Shown in pieces: positions 59,063-64,000 of a DNA stretch of 64,000 bases. Position 1 is the first letter of the stretch, and every line of letters starts with the position of its first letter. Location of the stretch: positions 1,184,001 to 1,248,000 of the forward strand of contig CBDAOI010000004.1 of assembly GCA_965198005.1 (NCBI GenBank). The letters run 5' to 3'. A program made the translations under genes and the position numbers. The stretch comes from Spirochaetia bacterium (lineage in GTDB: Bacteria > Spirochaetota > Spirochaetia > SZUA-6 > Bin103). The notes under the pieces are model-generated. The model was not told where the DNA came from and did not search any database. It saw nothing but the letters and a program-made list of their open reading frames with translations.

Positions 59063-60255
59063 CGTTCCTCGGCTATCCGCGGCCCGACGGTTCGGTCGGC
59101 ATCCGCAACTACGTGCTGGTGATACCGGGCGGGCTGGCCGGCGCCAAGATCTGCGACTTCGTGAAGGGCACCAAGACGCTTCCGGTGGCGCCCGACACTT
59201 GGTCCGACCACACCAGCCGCGACCGGGAAATGTCCGCCCGCATGCTGATCGGCCTGGGGCGCAACCCCAACGTCGCCGCGGTCGTGATGCTCGGCGCGCG
59301 CACCGGCGCCCACTACGACGAGCTGCACCCGGTGCGGCTGGCCGACGCGATCGCGCAGTCGGGCAAACGGGTCGAATTCCCGGACAACCGGGGAGGCGGT
59401 ACGCTGGAGGGCATCGCGCAGGGCATAAAGCTGGCGCGTGAGATGGTGCACGAGGCATCGAAGATCAGGCGCGAACCGTGCGACCTGAGTCACCTCACGC
59501 TGGGCGTGAAGTGCGGGGCATCGGACACCACCTCCGGCCTGGCCGGCAATCCCGTCATCGGCAGCCTGTACGACCTGATCGTGGCGGCCGGCGGCACCGC
59601 GATGCTCGGCGAGAACACCGAGCTGGTCGGCGCCGAGCAGGTCCTGAGCACACGCGGCGCGACTCCGGAAGTGGCGCGCCGGATCGTCGCCGTGGCCGAG
59701 GAATCGGAGGCGCGCGCCAAGGCCACCGGCGAGGACATCCGCACCATCAACCCGGTTCCCGCCAACATCGCCGGCGGCATCTCCAGCCTGGAGGAGAAGT
59801 CGCTCGGCGCCATCGCCAAGTCGGGCACCGCACCGGTGCAGGGAGTGCTGGCGTACGGCGAACGGCCCCCCGGCAAGGGGCTGTACTTCGTCGACAACAA
59901 CCCGGGCATGGGCATCTTCACCGGCTACGCGGCGGCGGGGGCGCAGCTCGTCATGTTCCAGTTCGGGGGCGGCGGCGTCGGCGCCAAGGGGGACCGGGAG
60001 GCGCTGTTGTCCACCTCGCCCGGCATCGTCGCGCCGATGCTGTGGGCCACGGCCAACCCCAATACCCTGGCGATGGCCGAGAACAGCATCGACTTCTTCT
60101 CCGGTCCGGTGCTCGCCGGCGACGAGACCGCCGCCGAGGCGGCCGAGCGCCTGCTGCAGCTCGTGCTGGACATCGCGTCCGGCACCCTCACCAAGGTGGA
60201 GACGATCCGGCATACCGAGCCCACCCAATTCTACTTCAAGGACCCGATCTTCTGA
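59059..60255 (+). CDS. UxaA-family dehydratase catalytic subunit
   Basis: GYPRPDGSVGIRNYV; KCGASDTTSGLAGNP; NIAGGISSLEEKSLGA..KSG. Confidence 0.9.
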   Translation: MTFLGYPRPDGSVGIRNYVLVIPGGLAGAKICDFVKGTKTLPVAPDTWSDHTSRDREMSARMLIGLGRNPNVAAVVMLGARTGAHYDELHPVRLADAIAQSGKRVEFPDNRGGGTLEGIAQGIKLAREMVHEASKIRREPCDLSHLTLGVKCGASDTTSGLAGNPVIGSLYDLIVAAGGTAMLGENTELVGAEQVLSTRGATPEVARRIVAVAEESEARAKATGEDIRTINPVPANIAGGISSLEEKSLGAIAKSGTAPVQGVLAYGERPPGKGLYFVDNNPGMGIFTGYAAAGAQLVMFQFGGGGVGAKGDREALLSTSPGIVAPMLWATANPNTLAMAENSIDFFSGPVLAGDETAAEAAERLLQLVLDIASGTLTKVETIRHTEPTQFYFKDPIF

Positions 60256-60659
60256 TGCAAACGCGCTGCGCAGTCAACGCCGCCGAGGCGGACGCCGTGA
60301 AGGCGGTGGTGGAGCTGACCGGCGGCGGCGTCGACTACGCGTTCGACGCGATCGGGGTGCGCGCCACGACCGAACAGATCCTGCCGGCGCCGCGGGCCGG
60401 CGGCATCGGCGCCCACAACCTCGGCGGCATGGCGGTGTTGATCGGCATCCCCGGCAAGGAGATGACGCTCGATCCGAATCTGTTCATGCGCCACCAGCGC
60501 CAGTACCGCGGGAGTCTCGGCGCCACGCTCCCCGAGCAGGACTTCCCGACCTACCTGCGGCTCCATCGCGAGGGCAGGTTTCCGCTCGACCAGATCAACG
60601 AAGCCTGCGCCGCTCTCCACGCCGGCGAAATCCTCGGCCGCGCCATCATCGAGTACTGA
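60255..60659 (+). pseudogene. Zn-dependent alcohol dehydrogenase C-terminal fragment
   Basis: LTGGGVDYAFDAIG...GRFPLD/QINEA...GEILGRAII; the N-terminal domains are absent. Confidence 0.75.
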
Positions 60660-60669
60660 TGACGACCGA

Positions 60670-62523
60670 ATGACCTATGTCGCGTATCCTGTCGCGGGCA
60701 ACAGTGAGATGAATGTAGAGGCTGCTGCATCTACAGCGAACAGGTTGGTCGCAGTGCTTGTGATGCTCACGGTGGCCGGGGGGCTTGCCGGGGCCATCGG
60801 CGATGGTGAGGGGAGAGGCGCGGGCATGGAAAAGGAAATGGTGTTGAATCCCACCACCGGTGAGATGATCACCGCTCCCGAGTACGGCGGGACGCTCATC
60901 TACGCGCTGCAAAGCGATCCACCGCACCCGGACACGTTTTTCGGCCAGCAACCGGCGTACGTCGCAGCACTCGTGGTGGAGAAGCTGGGCATGGCCAATC
61001 TGGGCATCGACCGCAACGTGTTCGATTTCCGAACCAGCTATGTGCCCGATGAGATTGTGGTGGGCCGGCTCGCGGAGAGCTGGGAGCAGCCGGATGGAAC
61101 CACCATCGTGTTCAACGTCCGTCAGGGCGTACGCTGGCACGACAAGGCGCCGATGAACGGCCGCGAGCTCACCGCCGAGGACGTCGTGTTCAACTTCCAC
61201 CGCTATACGGGAACCGGCAGCGGCTTCACCGAGGTCCCGGAAGGGGTGGCTGCGGTGGCTCCGCCGCTCACCACGATGGGCATCGAGTCGATATCGGCCC
61301 ACGGAAACCAAGTCATATTCAAGTCGGCGTCCCCCAGTCCGCACGCTGTCAGGACGTTGCTGATCCAGAACGTTGCCTTCATCTATCCGCGCGAGGTGAT
61401 CCAGGAACACGGCCATCTGCGGAACTGGCGCAACCTGGTCGGCACGGGCCCATTCGAGCTGACCGACTGGGTGGAGGGCAGCTCGGTCACCTGGAAGAAG
61501 GCTCCCGACTACTGGAAACGGGACGAGCGGTTCGCGGACAACAAACTGCCCTACGTCGACGATCTGATCGCGCTGGTGATGCCGGAGCCGCAGACCCGGG
61601 TAGCGGCGCTGCGGTCGGCCAAGGTCGACTACGTCGGCTACTCCGGCAGCTCTCAGGTCACGCGCATCGATCAGGTGGAGAGCATCAAGCGAACCAACCC
61701 CGATATCGTGCTGCAGGCCTATTCCTATCGCTCTGAGACATCATTGATCGTCAACGCCCGCCGCGCGCCGTACAGCGACGTGCGCGTGCGCCACGCGTTG
61801 CAGATGGCACTGGACCTCGAAGGAATGGCCGAGTCTTACTTCCGGGGCTATGCCAATACGCAACCTCAGGGATTCCTGGGAGAACGCCTGATCGGCTACG
61901 TCACGCCCTACGAGGATTGGCCGGACGAGATCAAGGGCTATTATTCGTACAACCCGGAGCGGGCGGATGCACTGCTCGACGATGCCGGTTTGCCACGTGC
62001 CGACGACGGCACGCGGTTCGAGACGGAAGTGCTGATCTGGCCGGATGACGATCGCGGTTGGTACGAGCTGGTGGCCGCGTCCTGGCGGGAAGTCGGCATC
62101 GACGTAACTCTCGTGAAGCTGGATGAGGCAGCCGGGATTGCGCAAACTCAACGCTTCGACTTCGATGTCAAGTCTGCCATCTCGGCGTACGAGTGGGACC
62201 CCATCAGGCAACTCATGCACTGGGCCCAGCTCGAAGGCGCAGCGAATCCATCCGGCGCCGAAGACCCCGCGTACGACCAGATGGTAAAGGACGCGCTGGC
62301 CGCCGCCACCGTGGAAGAGCGGCAGCGGCTCTCGAGAATGGCGTCCGACCATCTGAATGAGCAACACTACGTGATCTGGGGCGCGCGCGTCCCGCACTTC
62401 AGCGCCCACTGGCCGTGGGTCAAGGGGTTCAACGGCGAGAGCGAAGCGGGCGACATGGACCGCGCCCTGCTGTTCTCGCGCATGTGGATCGATCAGGATC
62501 TGAAGCGGGAGATGGGATTCTAA
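60670..62523 (+). CDS. Family-5 ABC substrate-binding protein (start uncertain)
   Basis: KEMVLNPTTGEMITAPEYGGT...WHDKAPMNGRELTAEDV...MWIDQDLKREMGF. Confidence 0.9.
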   Translation: MTYVAYPVAGNSEMNVEAAASTANRLVAVLVMLTVAGGLAGAIGDGEGRGAGMEKEMVLNPTTGEMITAPEYGGTLIYALQSDPPHPDTFFGQQPAYVAALVVEKLGMANLGIDRNVFDFRTSYVPDEIVVGRLAESWEQPDGTTIVFNVRQGVRWHDKAPMNGRELTAEDVVFNFHRYTGTGSGFTEVPEGVAAVAPPLTTMGIESISAHGNQVIFKSASPSPHAVRTLLIQNVAFIYPREVIQEHGHLRNWRNLVGTGPFELTDWVEGSSVTWKKAPDYWKRDERFADNKLPYVDDLIALVMPEPQTRVAALRSAKVDYVGYSGSSQVTRIDQVESIKRTNPDIVLQAYSYRSETSLIVNARRAPYSDVRVRHALQMALDLEGMAESYFRGYANTQPQGFLGERLIGYVTPYEDWPDEIKGYYSYNPERADALLDDAGLPRADDGTRFETEVLIWPDDDRGWYELVAASWREVGIDVTLVKLDEAAGIAQTQRFDFDVKSAISAYEWDPIRQLMHWAQLEGAANPSGAEDPAYDQMVKDALAAATVEERQRLSRMASDHLNEQHYVIWGARVPHFSAHWPWVKGFNGESEAGDMDRALLFSRMWIDQDLKREMGF

Positions 62524-62544
62524 GGGACATCTCTTGCAAGCCAG

Positions 62545-62697
62545 TGGGGTCGGAACCTGTCCAGCGAACCCGCGCGCCTCCACTTCGGCCTCCCCGCCGC
62601 CGCGTCCGACACGCTGACCCTCACCGTCACCTGGCCTGACGGCGCCGCCACCCGCGTCGCCGGCCGGCCCCACACCCTGGTTACGATGACGCGCTGA
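62545..62697 (+). pseudogene. ASPIC/UnbV (CRTAC1-like) C-terminal shard
   Basis: LSSEPARLHFGL...LTVTWPDG. Confidence 0.55.
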
Positions 62698-62807
62698 CTC
62701 CGTATGGTATACTGCCAGCGAATTGGTAAGACTGCACCCACACGCTCGACAGCGCGCCCCTGAGCGCGGCGTTTCGGTGGACGAAGTCTTGAGCAGGGAG
62801 GAGCGAC

Positions 62808-64000
62808 ATGACCGTGACCCATGACCCACGGCAGGACGCGGCGACTTACGGTCGCCGTGTATTGAAACCGGTCGCACACCGGAATTTCCCAGCGACGGCC
62901 GCCGTGGCCGCGCTGGTGGTGCTGGCGTTGGTGCTGGTCGCCGCGCGCGGCTTCGCCGAGCCGGTCGAGCTGACCATCGTCCACTTCAATGACCTGGACC
63001 GGATTGAGGAGAGCGGCGGGCAGGGCGGGATCGCGCGCCTGGCCGCGGTGATCAAGGCGGAACGGGCGCGTCATGACAACGTGCTGGTGACCTTCGCCGG
63101 CGACACCATCTCGCCGTCGCTGCTGTCCGGCTTCGATCAGGGCGCGCACATGATCCGGCTGTTGAACCGGCTCGACCTGACCGCCATGGCGATCGGCAAC
63201 CACGAGTACGACTTCGGCCCGGAGGTGGCCAAGCAGCGGTTCGCCGAAGCGCGCTTCCCGATTCTCGGCGCCAACAACATCGACCTCGACGGCGAGATCA
63301 TCGACGGCGCCCAAGCGTCGATCCTGGTCGACGTCGGGCGGTTCACGGTCGGGATCTTCGGTCTCACTACGCTCGGGACCACGGTCAAGTCCAGCCCCGG
63401 CGGGGTCACTTTCCGCCCCGTGGAAGAAGTCGCCGCCGAACAGTCCGCGGCCCTGCGCGCCGCCGGCGCCCACCTGGTCATCGCCCTCGCCCACACCGAC
63501 GTCGGCGAGGATTGGGCGCTGATCGAGCAAGGGGCGGTCGACCTGCTGCTCAGCGGCGACGACCACCTGCTGCGCCTCGACTACAGCGGCGACGTGCTGT
63601 TCGCGGAGTCCGCCGAGCAGGCGGACTGGGTCACCGTGATCGACCTTACGCTCGACGAGGTGGAGCGGCGCGGCGACCTGCGGTTCGAGTGGCGTCCCTC
63701 GTTTCGGATCATCGACACCGCGCGTGTCGCACCCGATCCCGAGCTGGCCGCGGCCGCGCAGGTCTATCTCGACCGGCTGTCCGCCGAGCTCGAGGTCGAG
63801 ATCGGCGTCACCGAGACCGAGCTGGACAGCCGGCGGGCCACGGTGCGCGGCGGGGAGGCCGCGATCGGCAACCTGATCGCGGACGCCATGCGCGCGGCCA
63901 CCGGCGCGGACGTGGCCTTGACCAACGGCGGCGGCATTCGCGCCAACCGGATCTATGAGCCCGGCACCATGCTGACGCGGCGCGACCTCCTGAGCGAGCT
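62808..64000 (+). CDS. 5'-nucleotidase/metallophosphoesterase, runs off the right edge
   Basis: GGAGG RBS; TIVHFND...GGIARLA...AGDTISPS...GNHEYDFG...IGNLIADAMR...NGGGIR. Confidence 0.9.
   Translation, partial: MTVTHDPRQDAATYGRRVLKPVAHRNFPATAAVAALVVLALVLVAARGFAEPVELTIVHFNDLDRIEESGGQGGIARLAAVIKAERARHDNVLVTFAGDTISPSLLSGFDQGAHMIRLLNRLDLTAMAIGNHEYDFGPEVAKQRFAEARFPILGANNIDLDGEIIDGAQASILVDVGRFTVGIFGLTTLGTTVKSSPGGVTFRPVEEVAAEQSAALRAAGAHLVIALAHTDVGEDWALIEQGAVDLLLSGDDHLLRLDYSGDVLFAESAEQADWVTVIDLTLDEVERRGDLRFEWRPSFRIIDTARVAPDPELAAAAQVYLDRLSAELEVEIGVTETELDSRRATVRGGEAAIGNLIADAMRAATGADVALTNGGGIRANRIYEPGTMLTRRDLLSE

Noticed and set aside
1-64000. CRISPR array or cas genes
   Set aside because: No regularly spaced repeat-spacer run was seen; the repeats found are coding or element ends.

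Overview
High-GC bacterial window, possibly a host-associated spirochaete judging from the family-5 binding-protein leaders (weak inference). It has three parts. (1) 0-3.8 kb: an MNT gene, coxS/coxM-like genes, a two-component flavin monooxygenase and tRNA-Asn(GTT). (2) About 3.9-34.5 kb: an accessory/defence island. It holds a transposase-less IS1595-type cassette (41-bp TIRs, 8-bp TSD) with a nested IS1380, next to a degraded IS1595; both carry a homologous AT-hook microprotein gene. Then come Uma2, HEPN-MNT and an NrtR/ARPP-1 divergon with twin operators. A co-oriented defence run follows: XRE-SNF2-DUF3883 helicase, Avs-like STAND NTPase, DUF1156 methyltransferase, higBA, DUF499 ATPase and an unknown 2TM + lamin-tail-like pair, trailed by shards of a second paralogous copy. 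(3) 36-64 kb: several opp/dpp-type and liv-type ABC loci, TA-like genes, an Rpn gene with an internal start, a DUF4062-HATPase gene inserted between livH and livM with a 63-bp junction duplication, UxaA and a 5'-nucleotidase. Many genes show internal deletions, frameshifts or tandem duplications, so assembly artefacts must be excluded. All family calls come from motif recognition by eye; no searches were run.
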